Source: a virus. From it: a stretch of 64,000 nucleotides of DNA. The notes below the pieces were generated by a model. That model was not told the DNA's origin, did not search any database, and was given only the letters and a program-made list of their open reading frames with translations. Position 1 is the first letter of the stretch. Each line of letters starts with the position of its first letter. The stretch lies in the IMG/VR virus record IMGVR_UViG_3300036045_000002, positions 1-64,000 of that record; one strand, written 5' to 3'. This document shows positions 36,234 to 46,358 of the stretch, piece by piece. A program made the translations under genes and the position numbers.

Positions 36234-37973
36234 TTAGACGAGAGGCGTCAGACACCCGATGCCTCCTATCTGGACTTTCCGTTTGCCACACACCGAGAAG
36301 GCGAGGGCGGCGGAGTCCACCTGGTCCTTGTACCTCCCGAACGGGAAATACTTGTGCTCCTCGACCCAGTTCTCCGCCCAGTCCTTCCAGGAGTTGGAAA
36401 TCACGTCCCACTGGTGCTCCGGGAGGTAGACGTTGCCGGCGTTCACCTGGACGCTCCAGGGGTCCGCCCGCTCCTCCTTGCCGCCCGTCGTCTTGTCCAC
36501 CTTGATGATGGTCACCCGGTAGCCTCTCAGCGTCCTGGTCGCCGTGTTCTCCGCGCTCTCCTTGCCGCCACTCCCAGGTTCTTGTTCCACGACCACGCGG
36601 ACCTTGTACCCGTCCAGTTCGGCCGTCCTCCGGATGAGTTGCTCCCGCTCGAAGCTGTCGTGCCGGAACCTGGTCACGTCCAACACCCAGAACCGGCCGT
36701 CCGTATCGAGTCCTAGAAGAGTCCCGACCGTGAAAGCGCCCCCGGCCGCCGTGCCGGCCTTGTCCCACGACCTCACAAGATTCTGCCACTTGTCCGGAGG
36801 GCTGCCGTGTTTCAGGCGGTTGACCTTGAACCGTTCGCCTTCCGCCGGGACCGGGTCCTGGAGGAACTGCGAGGCGTAGTATTGCCCCCCCTTCTGCTTC
36901 TCCTCCTTGAGGACTTCCGAGTCCAGGCGGTCGGCGTCCAGGAGGCCGGACTTGTACATCGCCCGGACTTCCGACGGCCGGACGTTCGGGCCGTCCTCCG
37001 CAGGAAGGCAGACGTGACGGACTTTACGCCTCTTGAGGAAGAGGGTCGTCGGGTCGTCCTGGTGGAGGCGTTGCATGACCAGGATCATCACCGACACCTT
37101 CTTGTCCACCTTCCGGTTGGAGAGCTGCCGGTCGATCCAGTAGTTCACCGTCTTCAGGTCGGCGTCCGACCGTGACTTCAGCGGGTCGAGGGGGTCGTCT
37201 ATCGCGATGACGTGGGCGTGCATCCCGGTGACCGTGCCGTTCACCCCGACCGCGTACCGGTACCCGCCGTGGGTGTTCTTGAAGTACGTCTTGGTGTTCT
37301 GGTCTTCCCGGAGTTTGATCTCCGGGAAGAGCTCCTGGAACCTCTCGGACTGGACGATGTCCCGGGACTTGAGCGACAGGTCGAGGGCCAGGGTCTCCGA
37401 GTAGGAAGCGCCGATGTACCGGCAACTCGGCATGTTCACCCAGCACCAGACCGGGAGCATGACCGAGATGATCGTGGACTTGGTCGTCCCGGGGGGGATG
37501 TTGACGACCAGGTCGTAGAGCTTACCTTTCCCCTCGAAAATCCTCTCGGCCACCAGCTGGAGTTGCTCGCACAGGTACCGGATGTGCCAGTTCCACACCG
37601 GTTTCTCCGCGATGACCACGTCCCAGAAGATCCGGACGAAGTCGTAGAACGAGTCCCGGGCCAGCGACCGTTCCAACTCCTGGCGGGTGAAGGAAGGCCC
37701 CCGGTGTTGGTTCGGTTCCGGTTTCTTCCCGAATAATCTAGACCGGATCTGGCCGGCCTTCCTGGCGCGGACGCGCTTGCGGACGAGGTGGAGGAGGCGA
37801 CGCACCTGGCGGATGTCGTGCTTCCGGCGTGTTTCCAACGCCTCAGGCAGTGCCTGTCCGATTCCTTTCAGGCGAGGCGGGATTTCTGTCAGGCGAGACT
37901 CGGAGTCGGACAGGAGCGATTTGTGACGCTTCCTGAGACTGGTGTACGGCAGGACCGACTTCATGGTGGTCAC
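36234..37973 (-). CDS. terL: Terminase large subunit
   Basis: Walker A NIPPGTTKS, Walker B IAIDDP, MQRLH coupling motif, nuclease SWDKA and DQVDS. Confidence 0.93.
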   Translation of the reverse strand: MTTMKSVLPYTSLRKRHKSLLSDSESRLTEIPPRLKGIGQALPEALETRRKHDIRQVRRLLHLVRKRVRARKAGQIRSRLFGKKPEPNQHRGPSFTRQELERSLARDSFYDFVRIFWDVVIAEKPVWNWHIRYLCEQLQLVAERIFEGKGKLYDLVVNIPPGTTKSTIISVMLPVWCWVNMPSCRYIGASYSETLALDLSLKSRDIVQSERFQELFPEIKLREDQNTKTYFKNTHGGYRYAVGVNGTVTGMHAHVIAIDDPLDPLKSRSDADLKTVNYWIDRQLSNRKVDKKVSVMILVMQRLHQDDPTTLFLKRRKVRHVCLPAEDGPNVRPSEVRAMYKSGLLDADRLDSEVLKEEKQKGGQYYASQFLQDPVPAEGERFKVNRLKHGSPPDKWQNLVRSWDKAGTAAGGAFTVGTLLGLDTDGRFWVLDVTRFRHDSFEREQLIRRTAELDGYKVRVVVEQEPGSGGKESAENTATRTLRGYRVTIIKVDKTTGGKEERADPWSVQVNAGNVYLPEHQWDVISNSWKDWAENWVEEHKYFPFGRYKDQVDSAALAFSVCGKRKVQIGGIGCLTPLV

Positions 37974-37974
37974 G

Positions 37975-38739
37975 TCACTCCTCCTTCGCGGGCAGTACCC
38001 GGTCGCCGTCCCGGTCCCGGATCTTCTGGAGGAGCTTGCGCCGCTCCTCCACCGGGAGGTCGAGGTCGTCCAACGTAACGACCGCGTGCCCGACTTGCCC
38101 CCGGACGTTCACGTCCACAGACTTCCGCACTTCCTTCTTCGTCCCGTACCCGCGGTCGGCGTTGTACGTCTGGTTGACGAACTTGACGAGGGCCGGGTCG
38201 CCGGCCTTGACCAGGGAGATGAGTTGGGCCTCGAAGAAGTTCTTCTTGTGCCAGTCCATCTCCCGGACGAGTTCCCCGAACCCCGGGTCGTCCGTGACCC
38301 ACCGGTCGAAGGTGATCTTCCGGATGTTGACGGCCCGGCAGGCCTCGGTCGCGTTCCAGTTGTAATGCACGAGGGCGTGGAGGAAGAGGTGTTGGCGGCC
38401 CCGCTTCCCGCAGTCCTTGAGCATCCGTTCCACGTAGGTAATCGGGTTGTTGGTCGGGTCCAGGATGGCCTCCCACACTGGCTTCAGGTGCTCCGGGAGT
38501 TGGTCGTAGACGTACTCCATGTACGTCTGCGCCCCGGCGTCGGCCCTGCGGGCCTCGTCTAAGGCGTACTTGACGGAGTCCCGCTCCCGCTTCCACTTCC
38601 TGAAGGTCGTTTCCGGCACCCCGAGAGCCTTAGCGACGTCCCGGTCGGACATCCCGGTCTTGGCCAGGCGGTAGACGATGAGGGGGGTCTTGTCCGTGAA
38701 GATCCGGTCAGGATGGTCTTTCTTGGTCTTGGCTTTCAC
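37975..38739 (-). CDS. terS: Terminase small subunit
   Basis: HTH (DRDVAKALGVPETTFRKWK); directly upstream of terL. Confidence 0.8.
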   Translation of the reverse strand: MKAKTKKDHPDRIFTDKTPLIVYRLAKTGMSDRDVAKALGVPETTFRKWKRERDSVKYALDEARRADAGAQTYMEYVYDQLPEHLKPVWEAILDPTNNPITYVERMLKDCGKRGRQHLFLHALVHYNWNATEACRAVNIRKITFDRWVTDDPGFGELVREMDWHKKNFFEAQLISLVKAGDPALVKFVNQTYNADRGYGTKKEVRKSVDVNVRGQVGHAVVTLDDLDLPVEERRKLLQKIRDRDGDRVLPAKEE

Positions 38740-38873
38740 CGGTTTTCTCCGGAGGGTGTGGTGGGACGCCGGAAGTGAGTCTAACCCGCGAGGCCGAAAG
38801 TGTCAACGTGGGGTCAGTAAGCCTGCCGGTCATTTCCCGTCAATTCCCAGCGAATTTAGCCTGAAGATTCCCG

Positions 38874-38902
38874 TTGTAGTGGTTCGCGTAATTGCGTATG
38901 CT
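38874..38902 (+). promoter_or_regulatory. Sigma70-like promoter TTGTAG-17-TATGCT
   Basis: At the strand divergence point; followed by hairpin ctgggcgcacggcgcgcccag. Confidence 0.55.
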
Positions 38903-38984
38903 CACGCACGCTGGGCGCACGGCGCGCCCAGACAAGGGCGCGAGACGCGCCAATCTAACCACAGAGTCCGTCGTGATTACGACC

Positions 38985-39242
38985 ATGTCCGAACACGAAA
39001 TCTACCAGAACATCCTGGGGCCCGTGTACGAGCGCACCAAGAGCATGGCGGTCGCGCCCGACGAGGTGGACGAGATGGAGTGGTTCTGCAAGTGCGCCGA
39101 CACGCCGGTCCAGCACGAGATGCACACGAGAGAGGCCGGGGGTCTCGTGGACGAGGTGATGTACGTCCTGGAGCACGGCTACCAGGCGTTGCTCGACATG
39201 GAGATGGAAGCCGCCTACGACCGATACTACAACTACAACTGA
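38985..39242 (+). CDS. Hypothetical acidic protein
   Basis: ORF directly after the promoter. Confidence 0.6.
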   Translation: MSEHEIYQNILGPVYERTKSMAVAPDEVDEMEWFCKCADTPVQHEMHTREAGGLVDEVMYVLEHGYQALLDMEMEAAYDRYYNYN

Positions 39243-39379
39243 GGAGAAGGTCATGGAAGACTGCCAGCGATGCGAAGCCCTCAAGAGCGCAGGCAAGGTC
39301 CTGAGGTGCCGGAAGTGCCTGTTCGACCCGTTCTTCGAGGACGCGCCCCGAGCGCCCCGCGACGACATCGCAAACCCCG

Positions 39380-39478
39380 CGCCAGATCGCGTAGCGTCGC
39401 GTCTGGCGCGTTTCCGCGACGCAGACGAGACGAGTCACACGTTCGCGTAGGTCGTCGATTCTACGCGATTCTAGAGCG
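39380..39478. repeat. Dispersed palindromic element, copy A
   Basis: Half-sites cgtcgc(gtctggcgcg) at 39395 and gcgattctagagcg at 39465. Confidence 0.7.
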
Positions 39479-39485
39479 TTCAGGA

Positions 39486-40502
39486 ATGAAACCGGTCGTC
39501 CTCTACTACCGTGGCCAGAAACTCACCATCAAAAGGAGTGACCTCGTGTCCAGGCGCAAGCAGACCACCCACCAGCAGGCCGTCGTCAAGACCATCAAGG
39601 CCATGTCCGGCGGGACGACCTTCGACAAGGTGCCGAAGGAGATGAAGCGCAACAACCTGCCAGGCCTCAGGTCCGAGGACAGCTTCTTCGGCGTGGTCAG
39701 GTCGTACTTCAAGTACCGCGACTACTCCGACCATACCGACCCGATGCCAGCACCGGAGGACACAAACGTCAGGTACACAGAGCCCGCACTCGACCAACCG
39801 GACGCGAAACCGATCACCCTGGCCCACCGCGAGTACCTGGACGAGAAGGACGACACCATCGTCCGGTGCACTGCGAACAAAATCGTGTCCAACTATGACG
39901 AACTGCCTCAGGACGTCCGCACACGGCTCAGGAACACCAAGGACGCGACGGCGATCAGACCTGAATTCCTAGACGGTGTGGTCGGGCCGTTATTCTACCG
40001 AACAATGGAACTCACCGCCGAGCACCTCTGGTCCGTCCGCCTCAACCCCAGCATCCCGCTGGGTATCGTCCTCGACTGGCTGGAGACCAAGGAACTGCAC
40101 TACGACCTGGAAGGGCACTTCGGGGCGACGGCAATGAGGGGCAAGAACGAGCAGGTAGTAAGGATTCACCTACTCCTGACCGTCCAGGTCCCGCCAGGAG
40201 GCGGCGGGAACGCACACCGGTTCCCGCCGAGGCTCACGGTGCAGGACGAGCAGGAACTCCTCGGCCTGATGAGGCACGTCTACCACGAGATTTACAACGA
40301 CGCGACCGAAATCAGCGAGGACGAAGAGTCCATTAAGTTCATGGTCCCGGACTACCTGGAAACGTACCACACCATCTACAACCATCACCGGTATGCCAAA
40401 CCCCAGGACAGGAAGGAGGCGTTCGACCGGAACCGCGAATTGACCGCGCTGTTCTTCAAACTTCCGCGTGACGTCCAAGACCGACTCCTCAGGAGCATCT
40501 GA
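39486..40502 (+). CDS. Hypothetical protein
   Basis: Long ORF, ATG 39486. Confidence 0.65.
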   Translation: MKPVVLYYRGQKLTIKRSDLVSRRKQTTHQQAVVKTIKAMSGGTTFDKVPKEMKRNNLPGLRSEDSFFGVVRSYFKYRDYSDHTDPMPAPEDTNVRYTEPALDQPDAKPITLAHREYLDEKDDTIVRCTANKIVSNYDELPQDVRTRLRNTKDATAIRPEFLDGVVGPLFYRTMELTAEHLWSVRLNPSIPLGIVLDWLETKELHYDLEGHFGATAMRGKNEQVVRIHLLLTVQVPPGGGGNAHRFPPRLTVQDEQELLGLMRHVYHEIYNDATEISEDEESIKFMVPDYLETYHTIYNHHRYAKPQDRKEAFDRNRELTALFFKLPRDVQDRLLRSI

Positions 40503-40699
40503 TGACCTGCGTCAACTGCAACCAGACCATTCTGAACCTGAAGACGCTGTACTGGCAACCAGGGATTTGCGGCCACTGGTTCATGGTCTGTCCGCACTGC
40601 CCGTTGACCGTACCGTGCCCGGTCTGCGCCGGAAAGCCTCTGGTGCAACTCGACCAGCCGACCGACGCCGACACCCCCACCATCGTCCAGGAGACCTGA
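40502..40699 (+). CDS. Small Zn-finger protein
   Basis: CVNC, CPHC, CPVC; TGATG coupling. Confidence 0.55.
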   Translation: MTCVNCNQTILNLKTLYWQPGICGHWFMVCPHCPLTVPCPVCAGKPLVQLDQPTDADTPTIVQET

Positions 40700-40701
40700 C
40701 C

Positions 40702-40971
40702 GTGTACAACGCGAAAAGACCGGCCGACATCGTCCACTGCCAGCTGTGCGGGAAGGTCGTGGAGACCGGAAACTGGACGGCAGTCCGATTCCACGAGTGC
40801 AAGCACCGGTTCTACTGCTGCTGGCAGTGCGCCGAGTCGCCGGACGGCGTGTGCCCGAAGTGCGTGCCGAAGGGCGAGCTGGACTCGGACGCGGACACGG
40901 TCGCCGAACCGACCCCGTTAGCGAAAGATTCCGCCGGGAACGCCTTGGGAAGCTCCGAGTCTGCCGAGTAG
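40702..40971 (+). CDS. RING-like Zn-finger protein
   Basis: CQLC...CKH...CCWQC...CPKC. Confidence 0.6.
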   Translation: MYNAKRPADIVHCQLCGKVVETGNWTAVRFHECKHRFYCCWQCAESPDGVCPKCVPKGELDSDADTVAEPTPLAKDSAGNALGSSESAE

Positions 40972-41024
40972 CGTCAACGTCGGGCGCTGTGCGCCCCGAG
41001 AGTCACACCGACCAGGAGTCCGTG

Positions 41025-41252
41025 ATGCCGAGAACGTCCGCCAGCCGCTACTGCCGCGTCTGCCGTAAGCCGATCCCCAAGGAGCGGATCGCGGCCCTCC
41101 CGCAAACCACGACGTGCGTGTTCTGCTCCGACGAGGAGCCGACGCAAGGGCTGATAGAGTTCGGCCACAAGACCGCGCCGAGCCTGGTGATCCTCCCGAA
41201 CGACCCGGAACAGCGACGCCGCGCCCGGAGGAGTTTCCGGCGGGCCCGCTGA
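41025..41252 (+). CDS. TraR/DksA-type C4 zinc-finger protein
   Basis: CRVCRKPIPKERIAALPQTTTCVFC. Confidence 0.8.
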   Translation: MPRTSASRYCRVCRKPIPKERIAALPQTTTCVFCSDEEPTQGLIEFGHKTAPSLVILPNDPEQRRRARRSFRRAR

Positions 41253-41271
41253 TTCGCAGCCGAGACCAACC

Positions 41272-41535
41272 GTGCCGAAGACCAGGAACAACGACGTTGA
41301 AGTCCTCGCCACCTGGCTGTGCGGGGCGAGCCTCCAGAAGCCGGACGGGTTCGACACCCTCCGGCAGATCGTCCGCCAGGCCGCGGTTGACGCGGCCGAG
41401 ATGTACGCGGACGAAGGCGAACTGAAAGGGGACGAGGACGAGCCGGCCGACCCGCTCGGGGTGCGGGACATCGTCGCGAGGTTCGCGACGGCCCTGGACG
41501 AGGACAAACGGCTCCGGGACGAGGAGGAGGAGTGA
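41272..41535 (+). CDS. Hypothetical protein
   Basis: Operon context. Confidence 0.55.
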   Translation: MPKTRNNDVEVLATWLCGASLQKPDGFDTLRQIVRQAAVDAAEMYADEGELKGDEDEPADPLGVRDIVARFATALDEDKRLRDEEEE

Positions 41536-42966
41536 GTGGGCTACTTCTCACCGCAAGACGTGGCGAACGTCGCGCTCGACCATCTCAAGGAGAACAAGTA
41601 CACCGACGACCAAAGGTACGGGCTGAACACCGGGCAACTCCACCGGGCCGTCGTCAACAAGGACCGGGACAAGTACCAGAACCTCGACCACGCCGAGTTC
41701 CGGGCCATAATGAACCGGCTGCACTCGGCGGGGGTCGTCAAGCGGAGTGGGACCGGGAAGTTCGTCTGGCAGATTAGGAAGGAGGCCCTCGACTGGAACC
41801 GGACGTGGCCGTTCAAGAAGCTACCGACCGCGCCGGGGAACGAGCCTCCGGCCTACACCAACCCGAAGACCCACACCCACGACCATCACGGACACCCGAA
41901 CTTCCAGGAGAATTTCGAGGACGAGAAGCCTCAGTCCCAGCCGCCTCCCGACCTGAGTCACGTCCACGACCTGCTCGGCAAGCTGGCCCTCAAGCTCGCG
42001 GAGCACGAGGCCGTCCTCCAGGGGATCGCGCCCGTCCTGGCGACGATCATGGCCGAGGTTCAGGGGTTGAAGGACAGGAAGGACTCCCACGTCAAGGTAC
42101 TCAAGGTCGAACTGCCCAACGGGAAGACGGTCAAGCTCAAGGACGTCGTCCTCCCGCGGGTGTTCGACCGGGTGTTCTCGCTCGCTAGGTGCCGGCGGAA
42201 CATCATGCTGTTCGGCCCGGCCGGGTGCGGGAAGACGTACCTGGCGAAACTGGTCGCGGACTCGCTCGGCCTGGACTTCGGGTCGGTGAGTTGCACGGCC
42301 GGGATGTCCGAGTCACACCTGCTCGGCCGCACCGTGCCAGACCTGACGAAGGGGGAGAACGTGTTCCAGGGGGCCGCGTTCCTGGACTGCTACGAAAAAG
42401 GAGGGGTCTACCTGTTCGACGAACTGGACGCGGCCGACCCGAACCTGCTCCTGTGCGTCAACACGGCCCTGGCGAACGGGTACTGTAACGTCCCGAACCG
42501 GCGGAAGAAGCCGCGGGCCGACCGGCACGAGGACTTCGTGTGCGTCGGCACGGCGAACACCGTCGGGCGGGGGGCGACCCGCATGTACCAGGGCCGGAAC
42601 CAGCTGGACGAGGCGACGCTCGACAGGTTCCGGATCGGCATGGTCGAGTGCGACTACGACCCGAGCGTAGAACTGGCCGTGTGTCCGGACATCGGCGGCG
42701 AGGAGGGCCGCGCCTGGAACCCGCCCCTCAGGCAGAACGGCCACGACAACACCGTAGGCAAGCTCGTGTCACTCGGGTACAACCTCCGGCAGACGTGCCA
42801 GTTCGTCCGGCACAAAATCGAGCAGACCGGGATGCGGCGGATCATGAGCACCCGGTTCCTGGAGGACGCCTACGTCATGATGTCGGCCGGAGGGTGGGAC
42901 CTGAAGACGGTGTTGGAGGCGTATTTCGAGGGCTGGACACCTGAAGAGAAGGCGAAGGTGACGTGA
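41536..42966 (+). CDS. MoxR/CbbQ/CobS-like AAA+ ATPase
   Basis: GPAGCGKT, YLFDELD, TANT.G.GA...Y.GRNQLDEATLDRF. Confidence 0.88.
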   Translation: MGYFSPQDVANVALDHLKENKYTDDQRYGLNTGQLHRAVVNKDRDKYQNLDHAEFRAIMNRLHSAGVVKRSGTGKFVWQIRKEALDWNRTWPFKKLPTAPGNEPPAYTNPKTHTHDHHGHPNFQENFEDEKPQSQPPPDLSHVHDLLGKLALKLAEHEAVLQGIAPVLATIMAEVQGLKDRKDSHVKVLKVELPNGKTVKLKDVVLPRVFDRVFSLARCRRNIMLFGPAGCGKTYLAKLVADSLGLDFGSVSCTAGMSESHLLGRTVPDLTKGENVFQGAAFLDCYEKGGVYLFDELDAADPNLLLCVNTALANGYCNVPNRRKKPRADRHEDFVCVGTANTVGRGATRMYQGRNQLDEATLDRFRIGMVECDYDPSVELAVCPDIGGEEGRAWNPPLRQNGHDNTVGKLVSLGYNLRQTCQFVRHKIEQTGMRRIMSTRFLEDAYVMMSAGGWDLKTVLEAYFEGWTPEEKAKVT

Positions 42967-43244
42967 TGCAAGGGCCGATCACCATGCACGAGATCAACCT
43001 GGACCCGCTTCCGACGCGGGAGGAAGTTCGCGCCTTCGTCAGGTCGCTGACCGACCAGGACCGGGACGACCTGAAGATGCGGGTCGAGTTCATGACGTAC
43101 CAGGAGGTCGAGGACTGGCGGGCGAAGGCGGCGCGCGAGAAGGACAGGCCGGCCTACCTGAAGTCGCTGTACGTTTGCACGGCGAAGATGATGAAGGACG
43201 GCGTCGTGGTCGCGGTCATCGGCCTGGTCGAGGGCGACAGGTGA
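42963..43244 (+). CDS. Hypothetical protein
   Basis: Coupled to both neighbours. Confidence 0.6.
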   Translation: MMQGPITMHEINLDPLPTREEVRAFVRSLTDQDRDDLKMRVEFMTYQEVEDWRAKAAREKDRPAYLKSLYVCTAKMMKDGVVVAVIGLVEGDR

Positions 43245-44140
43245 GGCACTTCATCGACCAGGAACTGAGGGGCCACGGGCTGATATTCGACGGCCCCCTC
43301 GACCTCGTTACCAACGCGAAGGCGGCCTACCACCGGAAGCCGCTCGTGAAGAACCTGTCGGTCAACTGGCCCGGCCGGCGGGGCGACGGGTGGGCGGACA
43401 TGGAACGGTTCCTGCACAGTCCGTGGCCGGAAGGCGTCAAGATGGTCGAGTACGTGGTCGAAAGGATCAAGAAGACCGACCTGCCGATGCCGAAGGACGT
43501 CCGGAGGAAGCCTCGCTGGAGCGAGGACGACGGCGACGTGGACGTTGACCGGGTGCTCCGGGGCGAGGCGGACTACATGCGGGACGTCCGGAGGCAGCGG
43601 GTGTCAGGCAGCTTCCAGGTCAGCCTGATATCGAACCTGGACTGCGGGCGAGGTCACCGGTGTAACCCGAGCGGCGTGTTCTTCCGGAGTGCCTGCTGCA
43701 TCGCCCTCGCCGACGTCCTGGAGTCGATCGGCTACTCGGTCGAAATCTGGACGTGGACGCGAGGCACGCACGTCTTCCCGAAACCCAACCATCACCAGTT
43801 CGTCGCGTGCCGGCCGAAGCGGATGGGCGACCCGGTGGACTACGACGCCTTGTGCGACACCATGAGTTCCTGGTTCACGTCCAAGGCGACGTTCGGGGCG
43901 TTCGCGGCGAACCCGGTCGCCGCGCCCCTCGACTTGGGGTACCTGTGCGAGGCCGACTCCGGCACACTCCTGCTGTCCGAGTGCGGCATGGGCGGGTGGG
44001 AGAAACACCTAGACCTGGAGCAAGGCACGCTCCCGGTGTGTATTCCGCTCATCACCGGCTGGAGCCGGGAGGACGGCCTGGAGTCGGCGACGGAGAAGGC
44101 CCGCCTGGTACTCGACCACATCGTCCGGTCGCAGTCCTAG
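43241..44140 (+). CDS. Putative vWA/CobT-like partner of the AAA ATPase
   Basis: DGDVDVDRVLRG; ALADVLESIGYSVEI; no canonical MIDAS seen. Confidence 0.6.
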   Translation: MRHFIDQELRGHGLIFDGPLDLVTNAKAAYHRKPLVKNLSVNWPGRRGDGWADMERFLHSPWPEGVKMVEYVVERIKKTDLPMPKDVRRKPRWSEDDGDVDVDRVLRGEADYMRDVRRQRVSGSFQVSLISNLDCGRGHRCNPSGVFFRSACCIALADVLESIGYSVEIWTWTRGTHVFPKPNHHQFVACRPKRMGDPVDYDALCDTMSSWFTSKATFGAFAANPVAAPLDLGYLCEADSGTLLLSECGMGGWEKHLDLEQGTLPVCIPLITGWSREDGLESATEKARLVLDHIVRSQS

Positions 44141-44158
44141 GAAAAGATCGGTCGTCGC

Positions 44159-44187
44159 TTGCTCAGGTCTAACTGCGTCTCTATACT
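44159..44187 (+). promoter_or_regulatory. Sigma70-like promoter TTGCTC-17-TATACT
   Basis: Followed by hairpin gttgtggggcgcacggcgcgccccacaac. Confidence 0.6.
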
Positions 44188-44245
44188 GACGTTGTGGGGC
44201 GCACGGCGCGCCCCACAACTCCGTCACCCGAACCGAGAGTCCGTC

Positions 44246-45442
44246 ATGCCCGCGACCGAGACGACCCCCGTCGAGCGCTGCGAGTCTTGCCTGCAGCCGA
44301 ACGCGACCTACCTGATGAAGTCGTTCCTGTCCGAGCGCCTCTGCCCGTTCTGCTTCAACCGCAAGAAGAACGGCGGCCCGCAGCCGCAGGTCGTCTACGT
44401 CCCGAGCAGCGAGGCGAACAAGGCCAGGTGCGAGGGGTGCCTGCTCGTCAAGCTCGTCCAGAACATGACGCTAGTGGACGGCCAGCACGTCTGCGCCGGC
44501 TGCGCCAAGGGGCTGTCGAAGAAGTGGTTCGCGGTCGCCGTCTCCGGCAGCGACAACAAGGTCAAGGCGAACATCCGCAAGCGGTTCCAGGCCCCCCACC
44601 TGGTCGGCAAGCTCGGCCGGGTCGTCATCCCGAAGCACAAGCAGGCCCGGACGACGAAGGACAGGTGGGAGGTGTACGCGGACGAGAGGCTGCTCGGCGT
44701 CGTGTCCGCGGCCGACCACGACCAGGCGATGTACGAGGCCCGGCTGAAATTCGAGCGGCCGAGGAAGAAGTCCGTGTACAAGCCCGAGGACGCGCAGGCC
44801 GGGGCCATGAGCGAGGTCAGGAAGGAGAAGCACGGCCGGCGGGTGTACTACGCGGCCTACGACGCCGACGGCAAGATGCTCGGCCGCGTCACGGGCCACA
44901 AGAACCAGGAGGTCGCGACCGTCGCCCTCACCGCGATGTACGGGCCGAAGGAGAAGGTCAACAAGAACCCGCGGGAGTCCGTGACCGAGTACCACGTCGT
45001 CACCGACGTGAAGCTGGCCGTACACGGGGGGAGGACCGTCGTCCAGAATCAGCGGGCCATGCCCGGGTACCTGCTGGTCGAGTGCGAGGCCGACGACTGC
45101 GTGTTCAAGGAGATCAAGGACGTGTCGGGCGTGTACTCGCTGCTCCCGTTCTGGGAGGACATGAAGTACGACGACCTGGAAGAAGGCGAAGTCGTCCAGG
45201 GGGCCACGTCCCTGTCGAAGGCCGAGGTGGACGGGTGGGTCAAGCGGCCGGAGGACAAGCCCGTGGCGCTGGCCTACGCCGTGGGCGACGAGGTCACGCT
45301 CGGGGACGGGCCGATGAAGGGGACGAAGGTCAAGGTCGTCGCGATCACCGGGCACGTCATGGCCCCCGAGGTCAAGGTCTCGGCCACGATCCTGGGCCGG
45401 GAGGTCGAGATCAAGGTCAAGCACACCGAGGTCCGCAAGTGA
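44246..45442 (+). CDS. NusG paralogue with N-terminal Zn fingers and a large insertion
   Basis: NGN: WFAVAVSG..., RVVIPK, MPGYLLVE; KOW: VGDEVTLGDGPMKG; C-terminal ILGREVEIKV. Confidence 0.85.
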   Translation: MPATETTPVERCESCLQPNATYLMKSFLSERLCPFCFNRKKNGGPQPQVVYVPSSEANKARCEGCLLVKLVQNMTLVDGQHVCAGCAKGLSKKWFAVAVSGSDNKVKANIRKRFQAPHLVGKLGRVVIPKHKQARTTKDRWEVYADERLLGVVSAADHDQAMYEARLKFERPRKKSVYKPEDAQAGAMSEVRKEKHGRRVYYAAYDADGKMLGRVTGHKNQEVATVALTAMYGPKEKVNKNPRESVTEYHVVTDVKLAVHGGRTVVQNQRAMPGYLLVECEADDCVFKEIKDVSGVYSLLPFWEDMKYDDLEEGEVVQGATSLSKAEVDGWVKRPEDKPVALAYAVGDEVTLGDGPMKGTKVKVVAITGHVMAPEVKVSATILGREVEIKVKHTEVRK

Positions 45443-45475
45443 CGCGGGGCGCTTCGTCGCGCCGTCTGTGACCCA

Positions 45476-45590
45476 GCGCCAGATCGCACAGAATCGCGTC
45501 TGGCGCGAGGTCGTGTCGAAAGTGAAGTGCGTCACACTTTCGATACGGTCGTTGAACTGACGCGACTCTAGAGCGAAAGGGACTGCCGTG
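45476..45590. repeat. Dispersed palindromic element, copy B
   Basis: aatcgc at 45492 and gcgactctagagcg at 45562; inner inverted repeat tcgaaagtg/cactttcga. Confidence 0.75.
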
Positions 45591-46325
45591 ATTACCCTGT
45601 TCCAGTGCGACGCGCCGACCAGCGTCGCAGACCTCGCCGGCGTCGAAATCCCGGTCCCCCCGCACGCCGACCCGAACGAGTGGACTGCCGGACTGCCTCA
45701 CGCCGACGCGGGCAGGCACATGAACAAGGCGTTCAAGGCCCGCGGCTGGCGGGTCCTGGCCAGGAACTACGCCGTCAGCCCGAACCAGGCCAACCTGGCC
45801 GCGTCCTTCACCGTCGTAGGTCCCGACCTCAGGTGTGCGCCCGGGTACCACGTCTCCGTCGGGTTCATGACCAACAACGAGCAACGCCGGGCCCTGACCT
45901 TCTTCTACGGACTGACCGAGGCGACGCCGGACGGCCACGGCCTCGTACTAGGTCGGGTGAAGGCGGACGACAAGGCGTACTTCCAGGTCGCCGATTTCGG
46001 TCAGATGACCGACCAGACCTTGAACGACCTCCAACAACTGGTGGACGGTGGCTGGCAAAGACTGAAGGCCGCCCGAACCGTCGTCCTGACCGAGCCCGAG
46101 AGGTGCGACCTGACGATGCGGCCCTGCCGGCTACACCCGTACCACGGAAGGTTCCCGTGGGGCAAACTCGGGTACGTGGACAAGGTCTGGACCGAGATGC
46201 GGGAAGGCGGGGCCAAGGCGACGGCGTGGACGCTGTACCGGGCGTTCGCGGCCGTCGTCGCCACGAACCCGCCGTACTCCCAGATGCTCCAGCTGGACGG
46301 CATCCGGACGGCGTTGACGGTTTGA
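45588..46325 (+). CDS. Hypothetical protein (DUF932-like)
   Basis: C-terminal TAWTLYRAF pattern; weak family call. Confidence 0.55.
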   Translation: MITLFQCDAPTSVADLAGVEIPVPPHADPNEWTAGLPHADAGRHMNKAFKARGWRVLARNYAVSPNQANLAASFTVVGPDLRCAPGYHVSVGFMTNNEQRRALTFFYGLTEATPDGHGLVLGRVKADDKAYFQVADFGQMTDQTLNDLQQLVDGGWQRLKAARTVVLTEPERCDLTMRPCRLHPYHGRFPWGKLGYVDKVWTEMREGGAKATAWTLYRAFAAVVATNPPYSQMLQLDGIRTALTV

Positions 46326-46358
46326 GGAAATCAGGTTGACGCGCGGGGGGCGTCCAGT

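Noticed and set aside
38758-38830. Possible tRNA on the - strand (TGGTGG...gagtctaacc)
   Set aside because: T-loop lacks TTCGA, the spacing is wrong and no cloverleaf could be built.
39253-39450. 65-aa CxxC ORF
   Set aside because: Has a ribosome-binding site and may be real, but its 3' half runs through palindromic element A; not enough support.
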